A stretch of DNA of 64,000 nucleotides, taken from NCBI GenBank assembly GCA_964016885.1, contig OZ024745.1, positions 106,268,001-106,332,000 on the forward strand, given 5' to 3'. Under the pieces are notes generated by a model that saw only the letters and a program-made list of their open reading frames with translations, ran no database searches and was not told the origin of the DNA. This document shows positions 15,013 through 29,518 of the stretch, piece after piece. Each line of letters starts with the position of its first letter. Position 1 is the stretch's first letter. Origin of the DNA: Eledone cirrhosa (taxonomy: Eukaryota). The translations under genes and the position numbers were made by a program.

Positions 15013-15608
15013 CGACAATGATTGTGATGATAGTGATGATGATGGCGTTGTGGAAGTATGGAACCTGTATAATGCATAAAGTGAAAGGAGGTAATATAGA
15101 TTAAACGAGGTAAGATGAATCAGAAGATTGTATAAATTAAAGAGAAGTATAGCGGAAAGGCTATAAAGAGAGTGGGGGGAGGGATACACCAGGTTGATTT
15201 TACAAACATTGTCTGTAATATGGCAACGATATTTTTATATTTTAAACTCTCAGCGTTTATTTCGTCAACCAAACTTGTTTACCATTCAAGTTACACCCAT
15301 AAATCTTCTAAGTAGATGGTAATTCCCGGTCAGATACTTTTTGGCACCTTGGTTAAACTGCTTGCCCGGCATTCAAGAGAAGCGTTGTTTGATTTCTCCG
15401 TAGACATCTCTCTTTCTGTACTGTCACCAGTTGTATTTTATCCGATCTATTCAATTATTAGTTTAGTTATCAGTAATGAGGGAACTGTTTTTTCAAAATG
15501 TACGCACCAACACACTCACACACACGTACACACATACACACACGCACGCACACAATCACACACACGTGCACACACGCACACACACACGCACACACACACA
15601 CACATATA

Positions 15609-15670
15609 TCTATAATATTATAAAGCTGAGCGTCGTATGTATGTATTATGTATGTATGTATCCTGCACAC
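15609..15670 (+). mobile_element. Helitron-like 5' end fragment
   Basis: A|TCTATAATATTATAAAGCTGA followed by (GTAT)n, similar to 16514. Confidence 0.45.
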
Positions 15671-15835
15671 CTCCCTATAGTTTCTTAGCTGTACTCTCTC
15701 CGTCGCTCTTCCCTCTCTCTATAATAGATCATTCCCCCTCTCTATAATTTAACTGCTTTACTCTCTCTGTCGCTCTTCACTCTCTATATGACAACACTGT
15801 TTTAGTTTCCGTATCTCCCTTCAATATATACACAC

Positions 15836-15917
<82 letters not shown>

Positions 15918-16024
15918 GGAAAACTAGACACACATTTACAGAGAGAGACAGAAAAACAGAGGGAATGGAAAAGAGAGAGATGGGCCGTTAGACAGAGAGA
16001 GATACAATTAAAGTGTTAGTTATT

Positions 16025-16100
<76 letters not shown>

Positions 16101-16284
16101 GAGAGAGAGAAAGAGAGAGACAGAGGGGGGACCAGCAAGTGACTGAATTTCTAATGACGTTAAATCAAGTTTCGGCATTAAAATAATTTTGAAATAAACA
16201 ATGTGTATGATCAAATATAGCGGTGGTGATTGAAAAATAACATTCATTTCCGTGGTATATATTTCATCTGTCGTCGCTCGCATA

Positions 16285-16349
<65 letters not shown>

Positions 16350-16513
16350 CACACACACATACACACACACACACACACACACATAAATACACATACTTTC
16401 ACACCTGATTTCGCCAATTGCCGAATAACATAAAAAAAAAACACACAGACACGCACATGCACATACACACATTCACAAACAGACATACGCATACACAAAC
16501 ACACACACACATA

Positions 16514-16554
16514 TCTATACTTATAAAGCTGACGGTCGTATATATGTATGTATG

Positions 16555-16588
<34 letters not shown>

Positions 16589-17448
16589 TATATATGTATG
16601 TATATATTATGTCAGGTCACCACTTGGTGCTACTGGTAACATGTATCCCAGTACAACCTGTCTCATGGTCGGGTCGTTGGCGACTAAACTGGCAACCCCA
16701 CCAAGGTTTCTTGGTGAGGAGGGTGACTTTGGACATCCTGCAGGACTAAAAACAAAACCTGTCAAAGGGCAAAGGAGCTCTTAAGAGTCAATGGCCATCC
16801 AAAATCAGTGGGAGAGATGACCCCTTAGCCTTTGTCAAGGCAGAATTCTAGGAGAAGGAAAACTCTGATATAACACCTGCAACCCTGATGGTATCCAATG
16901 ATGTTGACTTGTTCTTCTTTTTGGTAAATATCATCTTGGTTAAGAGAGTGGGACTGGCTTTGTGCAGTGCCTTTGCTCACTATAAAAGCTTCACGGCACA
17001 GGCATTGCTTTGTATCTGGAGATCTCTCTGCACTTGTCGTCACATGGTACCAAAGGCAAAGCACTATGTGTCAATAATTGTCACAAGTGTAGTGTTTGTA
17101 CCAGAGTTTTCAAGTCGCTGGCTGGACTAAAAAGTCACTCGTTCAGCGCATCGGTAGGGGTTCTCCTACATGGATATAAAGTAGTGGCCGTACTCGAAAA
17201 CGAGTTGGCAGCCACCATGTATGTATATATGTATGTATGTATATATGTATGTATGTATATATGTATGTATGTATGTATATTAACAACACAGCTTAACTCT
17301 TTCTTTTAAAACTCATTTCTACGGTAGCTCCTCCCCTCTGCTACGAAGTCGGAAGGACAATGTGACACGGGAAGGTGTGTAGTATCTTTGCAGTGGAGTG
17401 GTGGAGGCAGGTATACCTAGCCGGGCGCCAGCCGGGCGGGCCAGCTAG
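16514..17448 (+). mobile_element. Non-autonomous Helitron with nested family C insertion
   Basis: A|TCTATACTTATAAAGCTGA 5' end; GC-rich subterminal GCCGGGCGCCAGCCGGGC then CTAG|T; internal (GTAT)n. Confidence 0.7.
16611..17216 (+). mobile_element. RTE-derived bipartite non-autonomous element (family C), longest copy
   Basis: RTE-like 5'UTR sequence. The 3' part encodes a zinc-finger-like remnant (CSVCTRVFKSLAGLKSH) and ends in an (ATGT)n tail. Confidence 0.7.
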
Positions 17449-17664
17449 TATATATATATATGTTAAGTATTTCCATGGAAAAGGCGAAGGAAAGAAGAGT
17501 GCTCTATGTATAGTACAGAGCTATTTAATTATGTAATAAACAACACAATATCATTATTCCGTTACCCAAGTTTTCATGAAGTTAAACGATTCTAACAGAA
17601 GCGTCTGATAGAATAGTCTAACTTCGTGAAACCTTGGGGAATGGAATAATGAAATTGTGTTGTT

Positions 17665-17768
<104 letters not shown>

Positions 17769-18322
17769 GTATATACATATACACATACATATATACATTT
17801 ATATACATGCATATATATATTTATGTGTGTGTGTGCATGTATTTAAGTATAGATTGTGTATACATAATTTTGCTTGTATTTATTTGCATTTATTTATGCA
17901 GTCACTATTAGTGTGAAGTAGGCTTTTGAATTTACAGTTGAAGTAAATGAGATAAAGCACTGAATAATTGCATGATAAAATCAGCCATCTGTAATTTATG
18001 ATAGTGTGCTTGTTATACGGGGGGTTACAGTTTATTTGAATGTCTTTGAATAATGTTGGTTTTTATGATGGAATTCAACTTAGTATGTATATATGTGCGT
18101 ATGTGTTTTTACATCGACATAAATGAGTATATGGATTGAATTTTAAATGTGCTTACATAAACATGTTTATATCTATGTAGGCATATAACTACAGTTACAT
18201 TGTAAGTATTTCAAACTGTGATCATGTCACCACTACCTCATTGTATATGTATGCACATGTGTATTTCACTCAATATATGCATCTATGTGATAATGTAATG
18301 ATATACAAACATATATGTATGA

Positions 18323-18366
<44 letters not shown>

Positions 18367-18442
18367 GCAATATATGCATCTATGTGATAATGTAATGATA
18401 TACAAACATATATGTATGAACACACACACACACACACATATA

Positions 18443-18494
<52 letters not shown>

Positions 18495-20485
18495 ATGCTG
18501 TTTTTTTTCTTTTTCTTGTTTAAGCCAAGTTCAAAGCCATTTTATCATAGCTAAGATGAAAAGCATTTTAACGTGAACTACATCGTCCATTTATTTGTCC
18601 ACAAATCCATTATTCAAAGTCTTCTTTATTTATATAATGTTTAGTAGTATTTAAGGTATGTGATATTAGTATGATTTTTGCTACTATTTTTAGCAGGTGT
18701 AAAAACTCTATAGAATTTAAAGAGAGCAATTGACAGTTTATATCACACTTGCTTGATGTATGTCTCAATGTATCTCTCTGAAATGTAAAACTAAGTGATA
18801 TATAATTGTTTCTTTTACAGCATTCCAATGGTACGACAGACAAATCCATTGGAACATTGCCAAATTTCTGGTGCTCATCGTTGCCCTCACTATTAGCAGG
18901 ACATTTTAGCAACTGTAGATTTTTCTCTCTATATCTCTACTGTTGAATAAGTCATTTGAAACACCACCCAAATAAACTATTGATTTTTAAAGAGTAAGAA
19001 ATATTAAACATTCGCTAGCATTTTCTCGCAAGATTTCACGACACGAAATCCAGCAGGACAGAGAAAAGAAAGAGGATGATTTTACTTCGCAATTTTACTA
19101 GCAATAGAACATTTCAATGCTGTTTTTCATTTACATTCAATTTTCTTCACAGCTACAAGTTCCAACGGTTCCATGCAATTATTGATTCAATAATCAATTT
19201 CGTATGCCTTATCAGTATTAAAATAAATCTTATCTCTTAAACTCACCGCTTTTGTTTTGAAGCAGTCTTGCGACTATAAAATCGTATTGTTAAAAGCAGC
19301 TTCTTATTAACAGCCGTTGGAGAGTAACCTGTAGCAAAGATAGCCGCTAAAACATAGTCTGCATTGGATAAATGAGCATGTCTAAATTACCTATGCACTG
19401 GAGTCATTTCAAGAAATGTTAGTTTAGGCAATCGGTTCGCTGAAATAGGAATGTGGTTTCATTAGTGCAATACATGCGATTTTGTTCTTGAAATGTTGTG
19501 GTGAAAAGGCACCATGTTGTTGAAAATGGTAGGGTGTAGCTTTAGGGAGCTGATTTCTTGTACAGCATTTGACTATGTAGATGATTCTATATAAAAGTCT
19601 CGTATGGCTATTGTGGTTTGTTATAAAGCGTCGGGTGTTGATTTTATATTTTGTAGCTTACTAGTATGTTTGGTAGCGAGTCTATATTGGATGAATATAT
19701 GTGGCTGATATGTTAATCGATCCTCTAAGAATATTGTTATTTAATTTCCTCTTATACTCTTTCTCTCTCATATTCATACGATTTATTGGAGTCTATGATA
19801 TTCTTTTAATTCATACACATTCTGTGTTAGACTTATCTTGACACCTAGCAAGCGCATGCTTAATTGTCTCTTTAAATTGGTCAAATATGTACAATTGAGA
19901 TTATTCGGACATTTAAAATATCATTTTATGGTTGTTTCTTTTGGTGTTGATGTACTTTTTTTGTGCGGCAGCTCTCAACAATTCTGTTTCTTTAACGAGA
20001 CATATAAGAGATGTGAATTCGATTCCTCCCATCAGATATCTAAAGATATAAGGATATTTTTCAAGGATTTTTATTTGCTAATAAATTAGTATTGCTAATG
20101 TTTTGATGTATTCATTTGTGGTGTATATTATTTTCCTGTTTGTCTCATATTTCTTTGTTGACTTCATTACTGTTAATATTTGTATATTTCCTGTCTTACC
20201 CTTCTCTGTAAAAATGGAGAACATCTGTTTATCATTGTCGGGTTTGTAAATTGCATTTAGTAGCTTATGTTTCAGATAATTGTCCAATTTAACAGTGACT
20301 GTATTGCTGTCTTATTATGTGTAGATAGGGTCATGACGAGTGTTTACAAGCTCGGAAACAGCCAGCTGGCATAATTCCTTGCTCTGGCCTAATGAAAGTT
20401 CTCATAAAAGAGATTTTTCAGGTACTATTATTGTGCAGCTGTACAAGAAATAGAAAAAGCATGAAAAGCTTTTTGAAACAACAAT

Positions 20486-20548
<63 letters not shown>

Positions 20549-20688
20549 GAGGAAATCCAACTTTGTCTGATTTACTCGTTTTATTTACAATCCTTTAAAA
20601 TATATATAATGGTATTATAATGAAATAGTATGATAGAATATTAAATTCTAAGTGTTAATTGAACAAGTACGTTCATGCTTTCGCAATC

Positions 20689-20774
<86 letters not shown>

Positions 20775-21744
20775 CAAAATTTTGTACAGCATCATCGAAG
20801 CTGTGGTTGCAGCCAAGCTAACGAATGCAGTCGGGTGTACAGCTAAGCACTCAATAAGTTATATTACCTTAGAGTTATAACATTACGTTTAGACAGCTTT
20901 GCAAATTGAAGACAGCGACCGATAGACGAGCCGCAGTGACCAAAGCGACGAGAAAAACTGAACTCATATATATATATATATATATACAGAGTGTGTAGCA
21001 GAGATTGCAACAACGTGTATAAATATATACACATATCTAATATGTAGACATATAAACATGCCAGAAAATACGAATTTTCTTGTAAATTGAAAAGAAATGA
21101 CAAACAAAATCGATATTTGCATCTAATTGGACTCTCATCTGAAAACGTATATATCATCCAATCAACCACAAGAAAACATGTATTTGATGGGTATATATAC
21201 CCATTCGCTCTTAATGTTATTCTGAAATGGACATACTGATTTGGATATAATTAACGCTCATGTTGGTAATCAATTAAGGGATACATTGAGAAGTGCGCAA
21301 TCAGCCGAAGTATATGATAACGTAAATACAGAGTGGGTAACAAAGACTGCGCCAACATGTAAATATATACACATACCTAATAAATTTACCGGTAACAATG
21401 CATTGTTTACAGTTATATGCTTATACAATCACGGGTTAGTGATGAACTTTTTTAATCCCAGATATTTGTACAAAGGTTGCGTTATCAAAACTCAGCAACT
21501 AAGAAGTTGTTTGACTGTTGTTAGACATGTGTCCTATCGCCACAATACTGTTTACAAACTATATACATAAATAAAAACAAGATCGAACCACACATGGTAC
21601 AACAGACAAACAAACCCAGAAAATAAAAGCATTGACACAACTACAAACAGAAAAAACGACAACCACAACAACAACAATAACAACGACACCAAACAAACTT
21701 TTGCACAAACAGTCATCAAGACACAAGAGTTCAAGGAACTCGAT

Positions 21745-22590
21745 ATCTCCAATACGAAACAGGAGAACGGGAGAATTCCCAGTTCTGCAGGCAAGGGCGT
21801 AGTAACGCTGACCAGGAAAGACGAGAACAAGGGGGACGAAATTAACAACTTTAGGCCCATAACTGTGTTGAACACACAGTTAAAGATTTTGGCCAATGAG
21901 CTAGCGACGAGGTTGGCGCTTGTCGTCGAGAACCTGGTAGGAAAAGCGCAAACGTGTGCAATCCCGACCAGGTCCATACACGACAACCTCCACCTCATGC
22001 GATACATCATAGAGAGGGTAGGTAGTAAACCTGGCTTCGGTGGGACTCTGATCAATTTAGATCAGTCTAAGACATTCGATAGGGTCAACCATCGATACTT
22101 GGAAACGGTTCTCAAAACCGCGGGTTTCGTCCCCCCTTTTTCAGAGGCTGGATCGAGGCGATGCACACCAGCATCTGCTCGAGGGTCAAGGTGAACGGCT
22201 ACCTATCGGAGCCATTCGCAATCACGCGTTCCATTCGACAGTGGAGAGAGAGTTACTGCAACCCAGTAAATGTACTGAAAGGTGGGTGAATTTGGCAAAA
22301 ATGGCCCGAGTGATTGGGCCTTCTCTGTTTATAAGCCTGTAGGTTAAAGAAGAGAGCAAAAGGAAGAAAGGATCACTTGCACAACACGCTCCTGAAGTTG
22401 AGGGTTGTTCTATCTACGGGGTATTAAACAACCCATTTGTGGTGCTTCCCCCCTATTGGGGATTTCGATTGTTATAATTGTTTGTTTTATATTTTTTACA
22501 GGACTGTATGTACAATCGCCGTCATGTCTTTGTATTGTCCCCTTTTCTTGTGCTTCCTTATGGCAAATAAAGAAATCTATCTATCTATAA
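21745..22590 (+). mobile_element. Tx1/L1-clade LINE, truncated and internally deleted
   Basis: GVVTLTRKDENKGDEINNFRPITVLNTQLKILA...RSIHDNLHLMR...LINLDQSKTFDRVNH (RT domains 0-3), then a 3'UTR with AATAAA and an (ATCT)n tail. Confidence 0.85.
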
Positions 22591-23344
22591 ATATATTGAC
22601 AGCCTGTTCAGTATTAATCCCATTTTCTCGCTACTTCAAACCAGAGCCTTACAAGTGGTGATTGCACTTTTCATCTATCTGTCTCCACAGATAAGGAAGC
22701 TTCTTGTGTATTTATGCTCATAAAAATCTTAATGCAGAATGAGAACTAATTTCTATTTATATCGAAGAGAGTATGTTTGAAAACCTTTCCGCTGTACAGT
22801 AGATCAAATAATACACAAATCCGAATTCTGGACAAGGGATCAAAGAGATGAAAGAAAATGGAAAGTAAATTTAGAAAATTCATATTTGAAGATGAAAGAG
22901 AAGATTATGACCATTTTAAAATGTTGATCATATGATTTAATTACACTCAACAACATATTCAATAACTTGTATGAGTTTTCAAATCTTTATTCATAAATGA
23001 CAAAAAAGAAAGAAGAAGAAATAAAAGAAAGAAAATAAAAGATAGTTGGAAGGCGGAAGTCACGTTGGAATACAAATCTCTCCACAATAAAAATAAAAGT
23101 CACTTCCTGTTTCAAAAAAAACGTTCCACTTTCTTTCGAGCGATTACTATTGAAGCAATGGGATACGAATCTAACGTACCACACATAGACGCTAGATCGC
23201 ATAAATAGAATGTACCAATGGATAACATATCTGAGCAAGCAGCTTCGTATTTAAACCATCACACACACACTCACCTACTATCTCTCTCTCTCTCTCTCTC
23301 TCACTCTCTCACTATATATATATTTCTCCCTCGATATATATATA

Positions 23345-23477
23345 TTTAATATAGAGATGGTTTCTACAGGACTAGAACTGTTTCATTCGGGAGAAATCAT
23401 CGGGAAGCCCACTGTCCAAGTAATATGTTGGTATGTATACCTTACTTAATGTAGTTACCTCCGATTACCGGGATAAA

Positions 23478-23480
<3 letters not shown>
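23345..23480. repeat. Family H pLTR-like repeat with degenerate HHR; other copies at 24125-24178, 53885-54080, 54840-54862
   Basis: Minus strand CCGATGA-tTTC tccc GAAt-GAAACAGTT-CTAG. The core is altered in each visible copy. Confidence 0.5.
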
Positions 23481-23534
<54 letters not shown>

Positions 23535-23600
23535 AATAAGATGAAATCGAAAATGCAACTGGAGTCTTATTTAAAAAAATATATATATATTTATTTGGTT

Positions 23601-23638
23601 CCTTTACCGGTTTCGCAGTTCTTCTGCTTTTCAAAAGT
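23601..23638 (-). ncRNA. Hammerhead ribozyme, U3-A8 core variant (family E)
   Basis: CTT-TTGAAAA-GCAG aagaa CTGC-GAA-ACCGGT-A-AAG, with a perfect 4-bp stem II. Confidence 0.7.
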
Positions 23639-23917
23639 AGAGTTGAGATGGAGGGTCTGTGGGTTTTCTCCCATCTGGTTGGTCTTTGAATCTTACTTGT
23701 TTTATGTGAAAAAAGTCGCTCGAAACGCCAGGTTTTTAGAGATGTAATTTTATTGGTTGGTCAAGAAGTATAATAAATTTCGCGCCAGTTCGCGTTACAA
23801 AATTCTTCAAACAATAGGGGGGGGCTCAGGTTGAGTGTTTGAATTTCTTTTTCCTTAAAAAAAAAGGGCTCACGGTGGCTTTTTTTTTATAAATGTAATT
23901 TGATTGGTTATAAATGA

Positions 23918-24094
23918 AATTATGGCTGTCACGTGAACAACTTCATTAAATTTCGCGCCCGTATTTGGGAATTTATTTTGTAGCCTTTTAGAGAATTTTA
24001 TGACAAACAATAAAATTCTCTAAAAGACTACAAAATAAATTCCCAAATACGGGCGCGAAATTTAATGAACTTGTTCACGTGACAGTCATAATTT
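23918..24094. repeat. Palindrome (~84-bp arms) at the distal end of the family E element
   Basis: AAATTATGGCTGTCACGTGAAC... pairs with ...GTTCACGTGACAGTCATAATTT. Confidence 0.85.
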
Positions 24095-24244
24095 CTCTCT
24101 CGATATATATATATATATATATATATTTAATATAGAGATGGTTTCTACAGGACTAGAACTGTTTCATTCGGGAGAAATACTTCATTTATATATATATATA
24201 TAATATAAATGAGACAGTGGAATATATATACATATATATGTAGC

Positions 24245-24282
<38 letters not shown>

Positions 24283-24291
24283 AAAAGAGAG

Positions 24292-24351
<60 letters not shown>

Positions 24352-24491
24352 CGACTAAACATACGATATGCATTGCCGTTCCCTTATGATTTCAGGCCGT
24401 GTAAATCCAGGAATACACTATTCAATTTATGATGATAGAGTTGGACTTAAGAGAAAATTGGTCGCATTTTGCTAGTTATTATTGCTGTTAA

Positions 24492-24872
24492 GGGCGGTGA
24501 ATTGGCAGTATCGGTAGAGGGTCGGACGCCATACTTTGACGCATAGAGTTACGGCCCTTGCCATTTTGAGTTCAAATCCCGTCGAGGTTAACTTTGCCTT
24601 TCATCCTTACGGGGTCGATAAAATAAAGTACCAGTAATGTACTGGAATAAAATTGCTGGCCTTGTGCCAAAAGTAGAAACAATTATTGCTGTTATAATTA
24701 TTGTCGGTAGTGGTGGATTGGCAGTATCGGTAGAGGGACGGACGCCATGCGGTCTGAGTTCAAATTCCGTCGAGGTTAACTTTACCTTTCATCCGTACGG
24801 GGGTCAATAAAATAAACTACCAGTAAGGCACTGATATAATTGCTGGCCTTGTGCCAAAAGTAGAAAAAATTT
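24492..24872 (+). mobile_element. Two tandem SINE family A copies (24492-24684, ~24709-24872)
   Basis: First copy is flanked by the TSD-like ATTATTGCTGTTA; second has an internal deletion. Confidence 0.85.
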
Positions 24873-25084
24873 ATTGTTGGTAGTCGTGGCAGATGATGTG
24901 GTGTTGTTGTTTGAGTTGATATTATTGTTGGTGTTGCTGGTGAGTGTAATAGTATAAAAGTAATACCAACTGTATACAGAGGCGATGATAGGAATTAACG
25001 ACAAGACAAATAATTTTTAAATTCCCTGGTTAAGGGAAATACTTTCAGGCGCGTACGCAAACAATCACACTGTACTGAAATACA

Positions 25085-25138
<54 letters not shown>

Positions 25139-25144
<6 letters not shown>

Positions 25145-25324
25145 AACAAGTAAGACCCCGACGGCTGAGCTCAAGCCGTTTCGACGGCTAATTCTGGAGC
25201 AGTCGAAACGGCTTGAGCTCAGCCGTCGGGGTCTTACTTGTTCCTATTACCCACTCTACTACCCTAAGTATTGAGTACTTTGGTGCGTTATGGTCCACCT
25301 GGTTCCTTACCACTTTTCCTTCGT
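25139..25324. mobile_element. Fold-back element family B in (TA)n
   Basis: ~48-bp inverted arms, HHR 3' half, 3' tail with TTGAGTACT. Confidence 0.8.
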
Positions 25325-25359
<35 letters not shown>

Positions 25360-25444
25360 AATATATATATATATTTATATATAATAGATATATTTATGTA
25401 TATATATATAAATATATTTATATATATGTATGTATATATATATG

Positions 25445-25498
<54 letters not shown>

Positions 25499-25532
25499 AA
25501 TATATATATTATATATATATATATATATATAT

Positions 25533-25574
<42 letters not shown>

Positions 25575-25582
<8 letters not shown>

Positions 25583-25915
25583 TGTATATATAGTGTATTT
25601 TGCAATACACTGTATGCTTAATTAAGGCATTTTGAAGACCATACGCTATTGTTTTAAAGTAGCGACATTGTTGCTTACTTAAATTTTCGACAGACAGGGG
25701 GAGATAAGTTGACAGCGCTGTTTCGTACTTTTTGGTACTTATCAAAACTCACTACTCTCCCCGTCTGCCGAAAATTATGTGTGTTGGATTCTTATAGAAT
25801 TTCAGTAATAATCAGGAACTGATTTTACAGAGCGGTCGCCGGCCAAGCAGAAATTGAAAATTAGAATTGGTGCTCTGTATTGCAAAATACACTATATATA
25901 CATTCATATATATAT
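25575..25915. repeat. MITE-like segment bounded by ~40-bp inverted repeats
   Basis: GAATGTATATATAGTGTATTTTGCAATACA pairs with TGTATTGCAAAATACACTATATATACATTC. Confidence 0.55.
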
Positions 25916-25934
25916 CGGTATTTCAGAGCAACAA

Positions 25935-26014
<80 letters not shown>

Positions 26015-26029
26015 CCTATATATATATGT

Positions 26030-26400
26030 ATCTATCTATTAGGGCGGGTAAAATTCCCGAGATCCAAGGACGAGTTCTCTCCAGCAGTCTCTGTCCCTCT
26101 TTACCGCTGCCATGTCCTCCGTCTCCAGCAGACCATTGTCTGTCCTTAGGGCATCAACATATGTTAACCTTGGTCTTCCTCTTCCACTGTGTCCATGTAG
26201 GGGCTCCCACAGGAGCACTGAGTGCAATGTCAACTCTGGATGTCGGTGAGCATGTCCAGCTAACCTCAGTCTCCTCTGTGTCAATTTTGAGCTGACTTTT
26301 GGGACGCTCCCATACAGCTCTGAGTTTTTCATCCTCAGTGTATACTGATTAATGTTCAGGGCCATCCTCAGCATTCTCGTGTAGCACCCATCCACCATGC
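26030..26400 (-). mobile_element. RTE-clade LINE 3' end with (ATAG)n tail; ~35-bp stub of the same end at 51703-51740 (+)
   Basis: VDGCYTRMLR...QRRLRLAGHAHRH...LLWEPLHGHSGRGRPRLTYVD...GSREFYPP*. Confidence 0.85.
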
Positions 26401-26944
26401 ATATATATATAGAGCCCCCCACCCCCATATAATATGTATATATATATATATATATGTGTGTCTGTCTGTCTGTGCGTGTGTGTCTGTGCGCGTGTGTGTG
26501 TGTTTATACATATATATACATATATGAGAATTCATGAAGGATGAATGTACAATTAAATAAAAAAAGAAAGAAAGGAAGAAAGAAAGAAAAAGAAAGAACG
26601 AACGAAAGAAAAATGCATAACACCAAATGCAACAAAAAGTAATTGAAATATCAAAATATGAATATTTTCGTTAGGAAATGAAAATAATGAATGTCTGCAC
26701 CCTGATGCTACCCTTCTGCATAGCCACCTTCCCCTGAACTATTCTCGCCCAATACTACCAATACGCTCACACATACTACGCAACACTATCCTACATATGC
26801 CCACTTTATTCCCATAATTAAGGCAACAATCTTTGCGACGATAATAACAGAAATACAAACACGACTGTGGGAGTGATGTTTAGCAAACAGTAAAGTCAAT
26901 GAGGAAATCACTTGTTATTCTGGCAGTGGGGTTTCCGCTATGAT

Positions 26945-26992
<48 letters not shown>

Positions 26993-27092
26993 GCATATAC
27001 ACACACACACACAGACGCATACCATACACACACACACACATACACAGGCGGACATACACCGACACAGACACAGATACACACAAACATATAGG

Positions 27093-27179
<87 letters not shown>

Positions 27180-27198
27180 CATACATACGACCCCCGAA

Positions 27199-27306
<108 letters not shown>

Positions 27307-27562
27307 TAGTGTGAGTGTATAAATGTATGGAGCGGACGTAATTATATATCATATAGTCAAATAAATACATACAGAAATGCGCATATATTAATACATTCAT
27401 ATGCATATATCTGTGGAGCAAAATGTTCCGGTTCTTTTTCTTTATTTTTGTCTATGCTTCTATTTCTTCTTTTACATCACATTCTGATGTTGGATCAGTG
27501 TCCGAAACATCAGGACACTTTTCCGTCGACATCTATGTTTAAATTAATATCTATCATTGCAT

Positions 27563-27746
27563 GGCGGTGGATTGGCAGTATCGGTAGAGGGTCGGACGCC
27601 ATGCTTTCCTGCCTACTTACGTCCCTTTACGATCTAAGTTCAAATCCCGCCGAGGTTGACTTTGCCTTTCATCCTTACGGGGTCGATAAAATAAAGTACC
27701 AGTAATGAACTGGGTTATTGCTGGCCTTGTGCCTAAAGTAGAAACA
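27563..27746 (+). mobile_element. SINE family A
   Basis: Family A consensus. TATCT(A/G)TCATTGCATG occurs on both sides (TSD-like). Confidence 0.85.
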
Positions 27747-27882
27747 AATATCTGTCATTGCATGTAGTGTATTGTTTTATCGTGTTGTTTCCGTCTATGC
27801 AACCACCACAACAAACTGAGTGAGATGTATTCACTATAATGATGCAGGTACTATTTTGTCTCACATCTTGCATTTCACCCAC

Positions 27883-28095
27883 CTACGTCTGTTGTAAAAG
27901 CTTTCTCATTTTCATAAGATCTTCTGTTCGCTTCTGTTGAACTCTTTGTTTAAACTCTTCCTTACTAGCAATTTCATCTGCATTTATACCAACATCGTCT
28001 GCTTCATATTGCAACAACACTTCGTAGCTCTTTCCCAAATATTCTGCAAGCGTTCTCCTTTCACTTCTAATACAATAATCCACATAATGCACACG
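27883..28095 (-). mobile_element. R4/Dong-like non-LTR fragment
   Basis: VDYCIRSERRTLAEYL...SKEEFKQRVQQKRTEDL resembles the post-RT region of RLE-type LINEs. Confidence 0.45.
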
Positions 28096-29191
28096 AGTTA
28101 AATTGATTACATGGACACCATTACTTGTCTGGTACATTATTCTATCAACCGGTAAAGGTGAATGACACAATTGACCTTGGCTGTGTTTACACTCATAATA
28201 TAAAAATTAACAATGACTTCTAATTCGGGCACAAGATCACATGTTTGGCGAAAAGAGGTTAATTTATTAAATCGTGTACACTATTTGAATAGAGAGAGAA
28301 AGCAAAATGGAGAAGAAGAAGAAGCTAGAAGAAGAAGAAGAAGAAGCTAGAAGAAGAAGAAGAAGAAGAAGAAGAAGAAGAAGAAGGGTTGTGATAAAGA
28401 GTAGGTGACATATTTCAGTGTCAACCCGTTTACATAAACGATGCATATGGTACGGAAGATTGCTCCCAGAATGGATCCTGCTGAGGGTTCTGGTGATTTT
28501 TGTCACATGTGCTGATATTAGAATTGGTATTGCATTTGTAATTGTTGTTGTTATTTTGTCCTATTTTTTTTTGGGGGGGGGGGGGGGGCTGTTGATCATG
28601 CTCCTACTGCTGGGCATGATGATGATGTAGTTGTTATCGTTTGTGGTTGCTTAGTTAATATCAAAAGTGTTTCTGTATGCAGTTTGTTCTCGCACTCTCA
28701 TATTTCAGTATTATCGCACCAAAGTTGACATTTAATGTCTAGAAAACCTTAACGGTTCGTTGAGACATTACCGTAGACACTGTTTGTCTAGTAAATCGAA
28801 AAATGTATTCAACCTAGTGAAATTCATCTCCCCCTAAGCTACTATCTAAGGCTAACAGAAATTATGAATACCAAGACTAAGGAAATATATTAAACAGTAA
28901 AACGTTGTGTTGCAGAATAACTTTGCTTAGAATTTAATAAACAACTGGAGTTGAAACGTTCTCTGATATGCATTTACTTCCAAGAAATAATCGACCTCCG
29001 TATCCGTCGACATGTAAAATCAAAGAAATTATGTTTATATTAAATATATAATTTTTTTTCACTAAAAGCTTTGTTCTTTATTTCATCTGATTTCATTAAA
29101 CAGAATAAAACTAATACAAGAGGAAATAAAAAAAATGAAGAATATTAGAAATGTGATTAATTTGATTTAATGAAATTGTTTTCTGTAGTAA

Positions 29192-29518
29192 TAATTGTTT
29201 TTACTTTTGGCACAATGCCAGCAATTATCCCAGTGCATTACTGGTGCTTTATTTTATCGACCCCCGTAAGGATGAAAGGCAAAGTCAACCTCGGCGGGAT
29301 TTGAACTCACACCGTAAAGATGTGTAACTCTATGCTGCAAAGCATGGCGTCCTACCCTCTACCGGTACTGCCAATCCACCACTACCGACAATAGTAATAA
29401 CTGTTTCTACTATTGGCACAAGGCCAGCAATTACCCAGTACATTACTGGTACTTTATTTTATCGACCCCGTAAGGATGAAAGGCAAAGTTAACCTCGGCG
29501 GGATTTGAACTCAGAATG
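29192..29518 (-). mobile_element. Two tandem SINE family A copies (29192-29380, 29399-29518)
   Basis: Family A consensus. Confidence 0.85.

Noticed and set aside
16611-16900. HDV-like ribozyme in RTE 5' regions (also 42855-43025)
   Set aside because: Known for some RTEs, but I could not build the nested double pseudoknot by eye; needs a descriptor search.
18271-18440. ~97-bp tandem duplication with microsatellites
   Set aside because: Ordinary slippage duplication.
18821-18945. Plus-strand exon after a strong TTTCTTTTACAG acceptor
   Set aside because: Short frames, no recognisable protein and no supporting partner exon.
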